Virus record (IMG/VR): IMGVR_UViG_3300009157_000003
Coordinates: 6,776 to 70,775 of that record
DNA length: 64,000 nt
Strand: one strand, 5' to 3'
From: a virus
Position 1 is the stretch's first letter. Each line of letters opens with the position of its first letter. Below, piece by piece: positions 1 to 9,458 of the stretch. Position numbers and translations under genes: made by a program. A model generated the notes under the pieces. It made no database searches. It saw nothing but the letters and a program-made list of their open reading frames with translations, and was not told the origin of the DNA.

Positions 1-146
1 GGGTTACCGTCCACCCGGTGAGCGACGAGACCACGGCGTGCTTTGGGCACCGGATGAACGGCCACACCGCCTCGCAGACCATCTCGTCCCTGGCGAACGA
101 CGTCGAGCGGCGGAAGCGCGAGCTTCGGAACGAGGAGCCCAGCTAG

Positions 147-563
147 ATGGGGCTCGTCGGCGGCCCCCGGCACCACGGCACCGGCCCGAAGCCGCTCCCG
201 TGGAAGTGTCCCGCCTGTCAGGCGGAGAACGTCGGGGTCATGGAAGAGGGGTGTAACGCCTGCGGGGCGAACACCGCCGCCACGAATGCCCGCGCGCAGA
301 AGGGGAACCGGCCAGTGGAGCCGAAGATCCCCGTCGAGCGCATCGCGGCCCAGGTCGTCGCGGATAAGGATATCGACCCGGGGTGGTTCCTGAAGCTCGC
401 GTTCCTGACCCCGCAGGCGAAGACCACGATCGCCGTCGCGCTCCTGCGGTACGCCGAGTCGATCACCGCGACGACGTCAGAAGAACTCCCGCGAGGGATT
501 GTGCTCGCGTGGGGCGAGTTGCTCCAACGTGAGCTTGGATTAGTCGAAGGAGATGAACCGTGA
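147..563 (+). CDS. Hypothetical protein with N-terminal zinc ribbon
   Basis: WKCPAC...CNACG CxxC pairs; its stop overlaps the GTG of the next gene. Confidence 0.7.
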   Translation: MGLVGGPRHHGTGPKPLPWKCPACQAENVGVMEEGCNACGANTAATNARAQKGNRPVEPKIPVERIAAQVVADKDIDPGWFLKLAFLTPQAKTTIAVALLRYAESITATTSEELPRGIVLAWGELLQRELGLVEGDEP

Positions 564-2233
564 CCCAGACTGAGACCCCGCCTGCGGCGCCCGCCGCGGC
601 CCCCGATGCCGTCGTGAACTCCGCCACGCTCCTGATGGGCGCCACGACGTCCGGCAAGACCTCCCTGATCGTGACAATGGCGGAGTACGTATACGAGACA
701 TTCGGGATGATCACCCGCCTCTACAGTATCGACGGGGGCGGGTTCCCGACCCAAATGCAGGCGGCGATCAACGCGGGGATCGTCCAGGTGTGGCGCGTCC
801 GCACCCGGAGCGGCCAGGGGCTCGCGTTCGAGACCTGCCAGCGGGTGAGCCAGGGGTACTGGCCGCGGCGAATCAACCCGAAGACGGGCGAGACCGATCC
901 CAACGTCCAGTTGGTCCCCCCGGTGACGCAGCGCTTCAAGATGTTCTGTCCCAACGGGCACCTACTCCGGGACGTCCCGACGGCGATGCTCCTCGCCCCG
1001 ATCGTGTGCGCGCAGTGTACCAACCTGCTAGTCAACCCGACGAACATGGTCGTGCAGCAGGAGAGCTACCGCACGAAGGGCTTTGAGAACATCGGCGCCA
1101 TCGCAATCGACTCGGCGACGTCGATGGGCGGCTGGATGATGATCGACCTCTCGCACCGCACCGACCTCGGCGGCGAGAAGGGCAACATGGCGAACGTGAA
1201 CTCCGGGGACATGGTCTGGTCCGCGAACAACCGCGCGCAGTTCGGCTTTGTCCAGAACCGGATTGAGGAGTTGGTCCATAACTCCCTGTCGATCCCCGGG
1301 CTGGTCGTCCCGCCCCTCTGGACGGCGCTCACGAACGACGCGACCGACGAGGGGGGGTTGAGCATTCGCGGCCCGGCGATCGCCCCCGGACAGGCGAAGA
1401 ACGGGGTCGCCCCGCAGTGGTTTGGGAACTGTCTGGAGATCACGAGCGAGGTCCGGGACAACGTCAAGTACCGCCAGATGCGCCTGCATGAGTACATCGA
1501 CAAGCAGGGGGTGCGACACCTGTGCAAGGTCCGCGCCTACCCGGGCACGATGCCGGCCATCATGGAGGATATCGACGCGCCCGACCAGCCTGCTTTCGTC
1601 AACTTCAACCTCGGGGCGTTCTACAAGCTCCTGAAGCAGTCCCAGGCCGCGACGGAGAAGGGGTACGCGGCACGGTTCGAGAGCGTCCCGGGCACGCCGG
1701 ATGGGATCGTGGAGTTCGGCGAGCCGAATGACGTCCGGGCCGTGCCTGCGGCGGCACCTGCCAGCCCGCGGGCGGTGGGACCTCGTCCGACCCCCAAGGC
1801 GCCCGTGCAGGCGGCGAAGCCTGCGGCGGCGGCTCCGGCGCCCTCAGTACCACCACCGGCCACCGCGGCCCCGGCGGTAGCCTCTACTGCCCCGGTACCT
1901 GCGACTACCGGAGTGGCCGCTGGGGCGCCGGTGACGCCGCCCAAGCCCGTTCAGGCCGCGGCCAAGCCCTCGACGACCCCAGTGACCGCCAAGGCCCCGA
2001 GTGCGCCCGCTCCGGCGGCCGCACGACCGGCGGCGGCGGCGCCTCCAGCACCGGCGTCCGCCCCCAAGGCGCCCGTCGCGACGCCCGCCGCGGCACGGCC
2101 GACGGCGTCACCCTCTCCGGCCGCGACGGGACCGCGTCCCGCGGCGCCACCCGCATCCCCTGGCCCGGCCCGTGGTCCGGCCGCGCCTCCGGGACGTCGT
2201 CCGGCTCCGCCTGCGGCGCCGGTGAAGCCGTAG
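560..2233 (+). CDS. AAA_24/Sak4-like P-loop ATPase (recombination/SSB loader) with a Zn insert and a ~170-aa Pro/Ala-rich tail
   Basis: Walker A GATTSGKTS, Walker B IAIDSAT, CPNGH..CAQC insert; GGAGA SD; lies upstream of an SSB-like gene, as is typical for Sak4. Confidence 0.75.
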   Translation: MTQTETPPAAPAAAPDAVVNSATLLMGATTSGKTSLIVTMAEYVYETFGMITRLYSIDGGGFPTQMQAAINAGIVQVWRVRTRSGQGLAFETCQRVSQGYWPRRINPKTGETDPNVQLVPPVTQRFKMFCPNGHLLRDVPTAMLLAPIVCAQCTNLLVNPTNMVVQQESYRTKGFENIGAIAIDSATSMGGWMMIDLSHRTDLGGEKGNMANVNSGDMVWSANNRAQFGFVQNRIEELVHNSLSIPGLVVPPLWTALTNDATDEGGLSIRGPAIAPGQAKNGVAPQWFGNCLEITSEVRDNVKYRQMRLHEYIDKQGVRHLCKVRAYPGTMPAIMEDIDAPDQPAFVNFNLGAFYKLLKQSQAATEKGYAARFESVPGTPDGIVEFGEPNDVRAVPAAAPASPRAVGPRPTPKAPVQAAKPAAAAPAPSVPPPATAAPAVASTAPVPATTGVAAGAPVTPPKPVQAAAKPSTTPVTAKAPSAPAPAAARPAAAAPPAPASAPKAPVATPAAARPTASPSPAATGPRPAAPPASPGPARGPAAPPGRRPAPPAAPVKP

Positions 2234-2267
2234 GATCACCATTTCTCATTCACAGGAGAGGACCGTC

Positions 2268-2915
2268 ATGAGCATCGATCTGAATCACCTGAGCGCGAAG
2301 GCCGAGAAGGAGGATGTCGATTTCGACAATCTCCCCGAACAGATGGGCGGGTTCCAGGACCCCCCGCAGCCGGGATCGTACCGGTTTGAGACCCCGAAGA
2401 GTTTCACGGGGGCCAACTTCGAGGAGTACGAGGACGAGGGGCGGAAGTACCTGCGGGTCAAGTTCGACCAGAACGCCCCGCTGCGGATCGTCCAGTCCGT
2501 CAATCCGGACTACACCGACACCCCGTTCACGACCCGGCTGTCGAACGAGCCCCGTCGCCGCGGGAAGGGCGAGGACGCGCCCAAGGCCAGCGACCTCGAC
2601 TACTACATCAAGGCCGTGAAGCACGAGGGCGCGCGTCCCGCCTCGAACAAGGCGTGGGCGCAGGCCATCATCGCGTCCGGCGGCAAGCAGTGGGGCGCCG
2701 ACATCGAGTTCTCCTGGGTCTGCAATCCGAACAAGAACATCTACTCGGTCAACGACGCGGGCACGGCTGTCGAGGTCGAGGGGCAGAAGGGCTGCGGCGC
2801 GAAGTACTACCAGCGGGACATCGCGAAGGTCGAGGGCAAGTTCCCCGTCCGGATCGAGTGCTCCTGCGGCGCCCAGGTGCGGGCGTTCGCGAACCTCACG
2901 CGCTTCCGGGAATAG
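2268..2915 (+). CDS. DUF669-like single-stranded DNA-binding protein with C-terminal Zn motif
   Basis: AGGAGAGGA SD; FQDPPQPGSYRF motif typical of phage SSB-like proteins; position after the Sak4-like ATPase. Confidence 0.6.
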   Translation: MSIDLNHLSAKAEKEDVDFDNLPEQMGGFQDPPQPGSYRFETPKSFTGANFEEYEDEGRKYLRVKFDQNAPLRIVQSVNPDYTDTPFTTRLSNEPRRRGKGEDAPKASDLDYYIKAVKHEGARPASNKAWAQAIIASGGKQWGADIEFSWVCNPNKNIYSVNDAGTAVEVEGQKGCGAKYYQRDIAKVEGKFPVRIECSCGAQVRAFANLTRFRE

Positions 2916-2974
2916 TGATCGTCCCCGGCAGACACGGTTGGCTGACTCCGGCCGTGCCTACCCACACTCGTCGG

Positions 2975-3003
2975 TCCCGAACGAGGGGGATTCGGGATTT
3001 TTT
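2975..3003 (+). terminator. Intrinsic terminator
   Basis: TCCCGAA-N9-TTCGGGA stem followed by TTTTTT, downstream of the SSB gene. Confidence 0.65.
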
Positions 3004-3115
3004 CATCGGCGGGAACATCGTTTGCAAGTAGCATAGGCATTCGCGTAAACAGGGGGGTTTCACAACCGAAGCTCCCCGATTAGTAGACCAAAGGTACACC
3101 GCAAGGAGAGAAACG

Positions 3116-3400
3116 ATGCCCCGCGCCCAGAAGAGTCAGTTGGAAGTCCTCGTCGAAACCGTGATGAAGATGAGCAAGGCGGACGCCGCCCAGGCGCTCA
3201 CCATCCTCAATGTGGTCAATCGTGGACGGGCGGAGACCCGCGGGACCGGCCCGGCGTCCCCGATGGCGCCTGCGGTCCCGACCGCGCACACGAAGCCCGG
3301 CCGTCGGAAGCGTGCGGCCCGGCCGGGGATCGATACGCCGCAGGAGCTTCCGCAGGATGACAGCGTCGCGGAACCTGCGGACGACGTCGCCAACGGGTAG
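3116..3400 (+). CDS. Hypothetical basic protein
   Basis: AAGGAGA SD and ATG; ORF fills the gap between genes. Confidence 0.7.
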   Translation: MPRAQKSQLEVLVETVMKMSKADAAQALTILNVVNRGRAETRGTGPASPMAPAVPTAHTKPGRRKRAARPGIDTPQELPQDDSVAEPADDVANG

Positions 3401-3414
3401 CTAGGACGACCAAC

Positions 3415-4623
3415 ATGGCGATCCCCATCATCATCTTCGGTGACGGCCCGACCACCCACACGGGGTTGGGTCGGATTGCCACGGACCTCGCGCGCCTGTT
3501 GCACGCGCATCGTGAGCAACTGGGGATCGACGTGTATCAGGTCGGCTGGAGCCCGACACCGCCCCCCGACGGGCTCCCGGTCATCGCCGGGACCCAAGGC
3601 TGGTCCCACGGCGGGTGTGACTGGCCGGTGTGGCTGTTCTACGACCTCCGGACCTGGGGGCGGGAAGCGCTCACCACGTTCTACGCCTTTCATATTGGGC
3701 TCGACACCCGCGCGGTCGTCCTGACGGTCTGGGACCCGGCGCGGTGTTACGACCTCTTCGCGCCCGTCGCCGATGGGGTGTACCCTGTGCTCCCGGCGGA
3801 GTACTGGGGGTACTTCCCGATCGACGGGCACAATCATCAGGGGGCGTTCGGCGGCCCGGCGGCGGAGGCCGTACGGGCGTACACCCGCGTGCTGGCCTAC
3901 ACCCGGTACGGCGCAGGCGTCCTCAAGCGAATTGTGAAGACGGTGGATCACCTGCCGCACGGGATCCACACCGGCATCTTCCACCCGAGCGCGACGAGCC
4001 CGCTGGCGACGAAGGTCCGCGAGAAGATCGGCGGCGCGCCGCTCGTCGGCGTCGTCGCCACGAACACCACCCGCAAGGACTGGGGCATGGTCTTCCAGGC
4101 GCTCTGGCGGATGCGCCAGTACACCCCCGACGTCCATCTGTGGGCGCACGTCGATGAACTCGTCACCGAGGCGTGGTCGATTCCCCAGTTGGCGGAGGAT
4201 TACAGTTTCACCGCGGCGAATCTGAGCCTGACGACCGGCGCGCACACCGATGAGGAACTGGCGTCGCTGTACGCCCAGTGCGCGGTCACGATCGCACCCG
4301 GCCGCGGCGAAGGGTTCGGTTTCCCGATCGTCGAGTCGCAGGCGTGCGGGACGCCGGTGATCCATTGTGACTACGCGGGCGGGGCGGAATTCACCCCGAA
4401 GCAACTCCGGATCGATCCCCTCTGCTATCACGCGGTGGGGCCGTACGCGATCGAGCGCCCGATCCTCGACCCGATGACGGTCGCGGTCGTCGCCGAGCAG
4501 TACTTGACGAAGGACGACCCGGCGCCGTGGGCCACCGGCGTCGCGCATCTCGATTGGACCGTACTCTGGCCGCAGTGGCAGCAGTGGATCGCGGACGGCC
4601 TACAGACCTGGAGGCTGCGATGA
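3415..4623 (+). CDS. GT-B fold glycosyltransferase (GT4-like)
   Basis: N-terminal GDGP..TGLG, PHGI, and C-terminal EGFGFPIVESQACGTPVI (EX7E) motif. Confidence 0.9.
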   Translation: MAIPIIIFGDGPTTHTGLGRIATDLARLLHAHREQLGIDVYQVGWSPTPPPDGLPVIAGTQGWSHGGCDWPVWLFYDLRTWGREALTTFYAFHIGLDTRAVVLTVWDPARCYDLFAPVADGVYPVLPAEYWGYFPIDGHNHQGAFGGPAAEAVRAYTRVLAYTRYGAGVLKRIVKTVDHLPHGIHTGIFHPSATSPLATKVREKIGGAPLVGVVATNTTRKDWGMVFQALWRMRQYTPDVHLWAHVDELVTEAWSIPQLAEDYSFTAANLSLTTGAHTDEELASLYAQCAVTIAPGRGEGFGFPIVESQACGTPVIHCDYAGGAEFTPKQLRIDPLCYHAVGPYAIERPILDPMTVAVVAEQYLTKDDPAPWATGVAHLDWTVLWPQWQQWIADGLQTWRLR

Positions 4624-4838
4624 GCCGGAAACGTCGTCATCGTCATCTCAAACCCTACGGGGACACCGCCGCCGAGCTTCCCTGGGACGATCGGCGCGAC
4701 GCGATCCCAACGAAGGGGATGCGGAGCCGCCCGACCGCCCAGGAACTCGCCGAGTGGTCGAACGCCGTCGCCGACGCAGGCGAACACACCGGGCTCGGGA
4801 AACGCAACTGGGAACTCCAGATTGGACGGTTCGCATGA
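4620..4838 (+). CDS. Hypothetical protein
   Basis: ATGA overlap coupling at both ends; GGAGG SD. Confidence 0.55.
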   Translation: MSRKRRHRHLKPYGDTAAELPWDDRRDAIPTKGMRSRPTAQELAEWSNAVADAGEHTGLGKRNWELQIGRFA

Positions 4839-5197
4839 AGCGCCTCGATTTCGGTGGCCGGATGAATCACGTCGAAGGTCCGCAGCCCCAGGTCGCGCGC
4901 GATGCGTTCGGCCGCGAGCTACAGGTCGGGGATGAGATCGTGCTCAATCGGGTCGTCCCCACCCGGATGGTGATCCTGGAGATCCGTCCGGACCTCTCCC
5001 CGAAGGCCGCGCCGAACACGATGATCCTGACCGGGCAGTTCACGATGATCACCAAGCTCGGGGCGAACATGCCCACGCCGGAGTTGATCCTCTACCGGAC
5101 GGCGGAGGAAGCCGGGCGCGTGTCTCCGACGGAGCCGCCCGCGGCGCCTGCGGCTGAGGGCGAGAAGCCCACGACGATCACCACCAGCGATCACTAG
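4835..5197 (+). CDS. Hypothetical protein (SH3/KOW-like RDAFGRELQVGDEIV motif)
   Basis: DxxGxELxVGDxV motif; coupled start. Confidence 0.6.
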   Translation: MKRLDFGGRMNHVEGPQPQVARDAFGRELQVGDEIVLNRVVPTRMVILEIRPDLSPKAAPNTMILTGQFTMITKLGANMPTPELILYRTAEEAGRVSPTEPPAAPAAEGEKPTTITTSDH

Positions 5198-5245
5198 TTC
5201 TTCATCGACGTCTGGTACTTGTACGTACGTACTCAGAGGACACTA

Positions 5246-5764
5246 ATGGCCGACGTCAAAGTCACGACGGAAGAATTCGACGGGCGGAAGATCGACATCT
5301 TCGTGAATGGCGACGGGGAGTTCTATGCGGTCCCCGATCCGCACGACATCGACGAAGTCTTGCGCGAGGCGACCCTGGCGCTCCTCCGGAAGAAGATCAC
5401 CGGGTACGTGCGGCGGAAGAAGGCACGGATCGCGATCCCGGTGGTGCACCTGAAGCGGACGTCGCGGCATCGCGGCCCGGATCAGTACCTCGCCTACACC
5501 GGGATGATCACCGGCATCCATCAACGCAATCGAAATGTGCTGTTCACGACGAAGGCCGAGAAGGGCGTGCAGCAGAGTGATTACGACGATGATTTCTACC
5601 GGGCCGACACCGACGTCACCACGTTGAACCGGCTGATCAAGGCGACGGTCGATGCGAATCAGGCGCTGGAGACGTTCAAGGAAGCCCACCGGGTCAATCC
5701 GCGGCAGGCCGTGCGGGAGGCGTTGAAGGCGGCGGGCGTGGGTGAGGCGGATCTGGAGGACTAA
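5246..5764 (+). CDS. Hypothetical protein
   Basis: GAGGA SD, strong GC3 coding bias. Confidence 0.7.
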   Translation: MADVKVTTEEFDGRKIDIFVNGDGEFYAVPDPHDIDEVLREATLALLRKKITGYVRRKKARIAIPVVHLKRTSRHRGPDQYLAYTGMITGIHQRNRNVLFTTKAEKGVQQSDYDDDFYRADTDVTTLNRLIKATVDANQALETFKEAHRVNPRQAVREALKAAGVGEADLED

Positions 5765-5765
5765 G

Positions 5766-6209
5766 GTGACATCCATCGAGCGCTTGATTCGGACGTCCTG
5801 TAAGTTCCGTGGGGAAGAGTTGCGCCTCGCGCTGCGGGAGAAACTGATCGCGATCGAGAAGCAGGGGCGGGTCCCGCTCGCGCAGACCCCAACGGCCGCC
5901 CGGCGCGCCCTCGTCGTCATCCGGCACGCAGAGGCGCGGATCGCCGAGGCCCGAAAGGTCATCGAGCGCCACGGGTTCATCGCGCACTCGCTCTACACCA
6001 CGACGGAGGATCCGCCGGTCTTCCTCAAGAAGGACTACCGGCAGAAGCGCGAGCAGGCGGACCGGGCGGCCCGGAAGGATCTCGATCGCCGCCTCGCCGA
6101 GATTGAGAAGTACAAGCACACCTGGGTGGTCCGGAGCTTGGGCGCCCGGACCGACGCGATGAAGCGCGCACTCCTCGCGCACGTCCAGCGCGTGTTGAAG
6201 CTGGTGTAG
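5766..6209 (+). CDS. Hypothetical basic helical protein
   Basis: GGAGGA SD before GTG; operon packing. Confidence 0.6.
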   Translation: MTSIERLIRTSCKFRGEELRLALREKLIAIEKQGRVPLAQTPTAARRALVVIRHAEARIAEARKVIERHGFIAHSLYTTTEDPPVFLKKDYRQKREQADRAARKDLDRRLAEIEKYKHTWVVRSLGARTDAMKRALLAHVQRVLKLV

Positions 6210-6212
6210 ATC

Positions 6213-6542
6213 ATGGAGTACCGCTGCTACCACTGCGACTTTCAGACCGACTCGCCACGCACGGCGGAGGATCACGTGCGGATGACAGGGCACCGCGATC
6301 CGATCGACCGCGCGCCCCTCTCCCTCGGGGGACTCGGGGTACCGGGCGTCCGCGCGCCGCAACCCTCCGCCCCGCTCGCGACCCTCGGGCTCGCGCAGGT
6401 AAATCTCGAACAGCGGCTCCGACAGACGTGGTTCCCGGCGCCGATCGCGGGTCCCGTCGAGATCGTCACCTGCCCGGTGTGCGTGGCGCTCGTCATCGAC
6501 TGGCCGCGCCATCGGGATTGGCATCTGGCCGCCGGACACTGA
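6213..6542 (+). CDS. Hypothetical protein with two C2H2-like zinc fingers
   Basis: CYHC..H...H and CPVC..H..H. Confidence 0.6.
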   Translation: MEYRCYHCDFQTDSPRTAEDHVRMTGHRDPIDRAPLSLGGLGVPGVRAPQPSAPLATLGLAQVNLEQRLRQTWFPAPIAGPVEIVTCPVCVALVIDWPRHRDWHLAAGH

Positions 6543-6545
6543 TCG

Positions 6546-8249
6546 ATGACGATCAACCTCAATCACCTGTCGGATGACACCGGGCTCGTGACCGTCGAGG
6601 CCCCGGGCGGGGTGTCGCCGTCGTTCAAGAAGATCGGCGGGATGAGCTTTGCGCCGCGGATGGGGCGGCGGCGCGATGATCCCTCCCTGGTGCAGGAACA
6701 GCGCGATGCGGCGGTCGAGGCGATGGCGGACGCGATCCTGCCGCTCTTACAAGAAGACGACCCGCCTGTCGCCGACGTCGTCACGGACATCATCACGGCC
6801 GGACGGGCGTTGGCGCCGGACGCGCCGGACCTGACGGTCGAGGAGGTCTCCGATGCTCTCTCCCCTGGAATGGCCGTTGACGATGCTCCTGAGCCTGTGG
6901 TCTCGGTGGTGGACCCGACGCTCATCGACGTCGAGATCCCCGACGATCTCCTCCACGAACAATCCTTCCTCTGCGGCCCCGCCGGGACGGGGAAGACGGT
7001 GATGGCGCGATCGTGGGTCCGGCAGTACCCCGGTACGATCCTCGCGGCCACGACGGGGATCGCGGCGGTGAACCTGGGCGAGGGATCGACGATCAACAGC
7101 CTGTTGGGGTACTTCGACACGGATAGCTTGCGCGAGATGTACACGAGCGGGCATCTCCAGGCGCGGCTGGGGAAACTCTGGCGCGCGGGCATCCGCCGGA
7201 TCCTCCTCGACGAAGTCTCGATGATGGATGGGGAGCAGTTGACGATCCTCACCCGGGCGCTCGGGGAGTTAGCAGGACGCGGCATGCTCGTCGATGCGGA
7301 TCTCGCAGAAGAGATGCAGGCGTGGAAGAAGCAGGAGGGCAAGGATCCGATCGCCCTCACCCTCATTGGAGATTTTGCCCAGCTACCGCCGGTGCGAGCG
7401 AGCTTCGCATTCGAGAGCCCCCTCTGGGACCTGTACGCCCGCCACACGCACAAGCTCACCGAGATCCGTCGTCAGGCTGATCGCGCGTTCATTGAAGCGC
7501 TCCAGGCCGCCCGGCGGGGGGATGGCGACGCGGTCGTCCAGTTCTTCGGCCCGCGGCTCAATCGCACGACCGACGATAACTTCGACGGCACCACGATCTT
7601 CGCGAAGAACGATGCGGTCGCGCGGTACAACCAACTCCGGATGGATCGCCTGAAGACCCCGCTCCAGAGCTATTCGGCGGCGCGGTGGGGGGAGCAGCGC
7701 ACCGACTGGAAGCACATTCCCGACGTGCTACACCTGAAGGAAGGCGCGCTGGTGATGGTCCTGGCGAACGCGCGCGAGATCGCCGGAGCGAATGGCCTGC
7801 CCGGACGGATCATCTACGCGAATGGGGACCTGGGGACGATCGTCAGCGCCGATGATGGCCCGCGGGTCGTGGTGGAGTTGAAGCGCAACGGGCGACGGCA
7901 GATCATCGACTGGATTGTGCGGGAGAACACGATCCCGCTCGCACCCGGCCGCCGGAAGGAACTGACGAACGAGGGGAACGAGCACCTGATCAAGGATCGG
8001 TTTGAGGTCATCGGCACGGTGACGTACCTCCCGCTCCGGCTGGCGTACGCGACGACGGTGCATAAGAGCCAGGGCCTCACCCTCGACAATGTCCAGGTGA
8101 ACACCGGCGAAGGCATGTTCCAGACGCCGGGCTTGCTCTACGTCGCGCTGTCACGCGCTCGCACCGCCGACGGGCTCCGATTGATTGGGAGTCCGGTTGG
8201 GCTGAAACAACGGTGTACGGTGCACGGGAAAGTGAAGCCGTACCTCTAA
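6546..8249 (+). CDS. Pif1/RecD2-like SF1B DNA helicase with acidic N-terminal extension
   Basis: GPAGTGKT, ATTGIAA, DEVSM, GDFAQLPPV, RRQ, NGDLG, YATTVHKSQGLT, YVALSR motifs. Confidence 0.95.
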   Translation: MTINLNHLSDDTGLVTVEAPGGVSPSFKKIGGMSFAPRMGRRRDDPSLVQEQRDAAVEAMADAILPLLQEDDPPVADVVTDIITAGRALAPDAPDLTVEEVSDALSPGMAVDDAPEPVVSVVDPTLIDVEIPDDLLHEQSFLCGPAGTGKTVMARSWVRQYPGTILAATTGIAAVNLGEGSTINSLLGYFDTDSLREMYTSGHLQARLGKLWRAGIRRILLDEVSMMDGEQLTILTRALGELAGRGMLVDADLAEEMQAWKKQEGKDPIALTLIGDFAQLPPVRASFAFESPLWDLYARHTHKLTEIRRQADRAFIEALQAARRGDGDAVVQFFGPRLNRTTDDNFDGTTIFAKNDAVARYNQLRMDRLKTPLQSYSAARWGEQRTDWKHIPDVLHLKEGALVMVLANAREIAGANGLPGRIIYANGDLGTIVSADDGPRVVVELKRNGRRQIIDWIVRENTIPLAPGRRKELTNEGNEHLIKDRFEVIGTVTYLPLRLAYATTVHKSQGLTLDNVQVNTGEGMFQTPGLLYVALSRARTADGLRLIGSPVGLKQRCTVHGKVKPYL

Positions 8250-8503
8250 TGGGGAAGAAATTCCCGGCGACGGTGAAGTATCACTCGGACTGGCACCTGT
8301 ACGCCTCGGATGACGCGGGGCACACATGGACCGACGGCGCGATTCAGATCATTCTCTTGCAGGAAATCCGCGACGAACTCAAGCGGCTGAACACGCTGCT
8401 CCATTGTCAGAACTTTCAGCAGATTCCCAAGTCCCTGCGGGAGTTGAATCGACGGTTGGCGCGCACACACCCGCTCAAGGGCCAACCCTCCATCAAAAGC
8501 TGA
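8249..8503 (+). CDS. Hypothetical protein
   Basis: TAATG coupling with the helicase stop. Confidence 0.55.
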   Translation: MGKKFPATVKYHSDWHLYASDDAGHTWTDGAIQIILLQEIRDELKRLNTLLHCQNFQQIPKSLRELNRRLARTHPLKGQPSIKS

Positions 8504-8543
8504 CCATTCACACGCGCTCACACACCAGTACAAGGAGAACACC

Positions 8544-8864
8544 ATGATCCCCTCTACCGTCCCCGTCGTCGCGATCCTCACGTTCGTCCTGCTCATCGTG
8601 TTCCTGGGCTGGCTCCGCCATCACCAGAAGCGCCGCACCCTCGTCACCCCCACGGTCTGTCACGAGAACATCCTCGTGCTCATCATGATCCTGGGCGCCA
8701 TCATCGGCGTACTCGTGACGCACGCGCCCGATCGGAACGCCGCGCGTCAGCAACTGCAAGCCCAGTGGGCGGCGCTCTTCCCGTGGGAGCCGATCGATGA
8801 TCAGGCGATTGAAGACGCGCTCGACGGCTGCGCGTGCTACGACGAGACGGAAGGCGGCGGGTAG
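8544..8864 (+). CDS. Membrane protein with two transmembrane helices
   Basis: AAGGAGA SD; two hydrophobic segments. Confidence 0.65.
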   Translation: MIPSTVPVVAILTFVLLIVFLGWLRHHQKRRTLVTPTVCHENILVLIMILGAIIGVLVTHAPDRNAARQQLQAQWAALFPWEPIDDQAIEDALDGCACYDETEGGG

Positions 8865-8894
8865 GCACAAGGCCCGGCGCGCGCCGAGGATCCC

Positions 8895-9458
8895 ATGCGA
8901 CCGAACACCGTCCCGGATCTCGAATGGATCCACACCGGCGGTCAAACCGGGGCGGACCTCGGCGCGCTCCGGGCGGGCTACGCGCTCGGCGTCCCGACCG
9001 GCGGGTGGATGCCCCGCTACTTCAAGAATGAACTCGGCGAGCGCACGTGGATGGAGCGGCAGTTCGGGATGCGGATGCACGCCTCCCCGCAGTACATCCC
9101 GCGCACCGTCGCCAACCTGAATGACGCCGACGCGGTCGTGCTCTTCGGGAACCTCTTCTCGTCGGGCTCGGCGCGGACGATTGGATCGGGACTCGCGCGC
9201 GGCATGCGGGTCGAACAGAACCTCTCCTCCGTCGATCTGCACGACTGGGTCGCCGAGATTTACCATGCGCTCGGGCGCCCGGTCCGGCTGATGGTCGCCG
9301 GGAATCGCGAGTCGCACAACCGCGGGATCGAAGCGGTGACGTTCCACCGGATCGTGCGTGCGTGGAACCTCACCATCGCGGCGCCGCTCCCGGACTGGGA
9401 CGTCGCCGTCCGCAATCACTCGGGGCTCGACGCGATCAACAAGGAGCGCCAACGATGA
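8895..9458 (+). CDS. SLOG superfamily protein (cpYpsA/MoCo-carrier-like)
   Basis: GGQTGADLGAL, GGWMP, RTVAN..DADA and VAGNRES motifs. Confidence 0.85.
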   Translation: MRPNTVPDLEWIHTGGQTGADLGALRAGYALGVPTGGWMPRYFKNELGERTWMERQFGMRMHASPQYIPRTVANLNDADAVVLFGNLFSSGSARTIGSGLARGMRVEQNLSSVDLHDWVAEIYHALGRPVRLMVAGNRESHNRGIEAVTFHRIVRAWNLTIAAPLPDWDVAVRNHSGLDAINKERQR

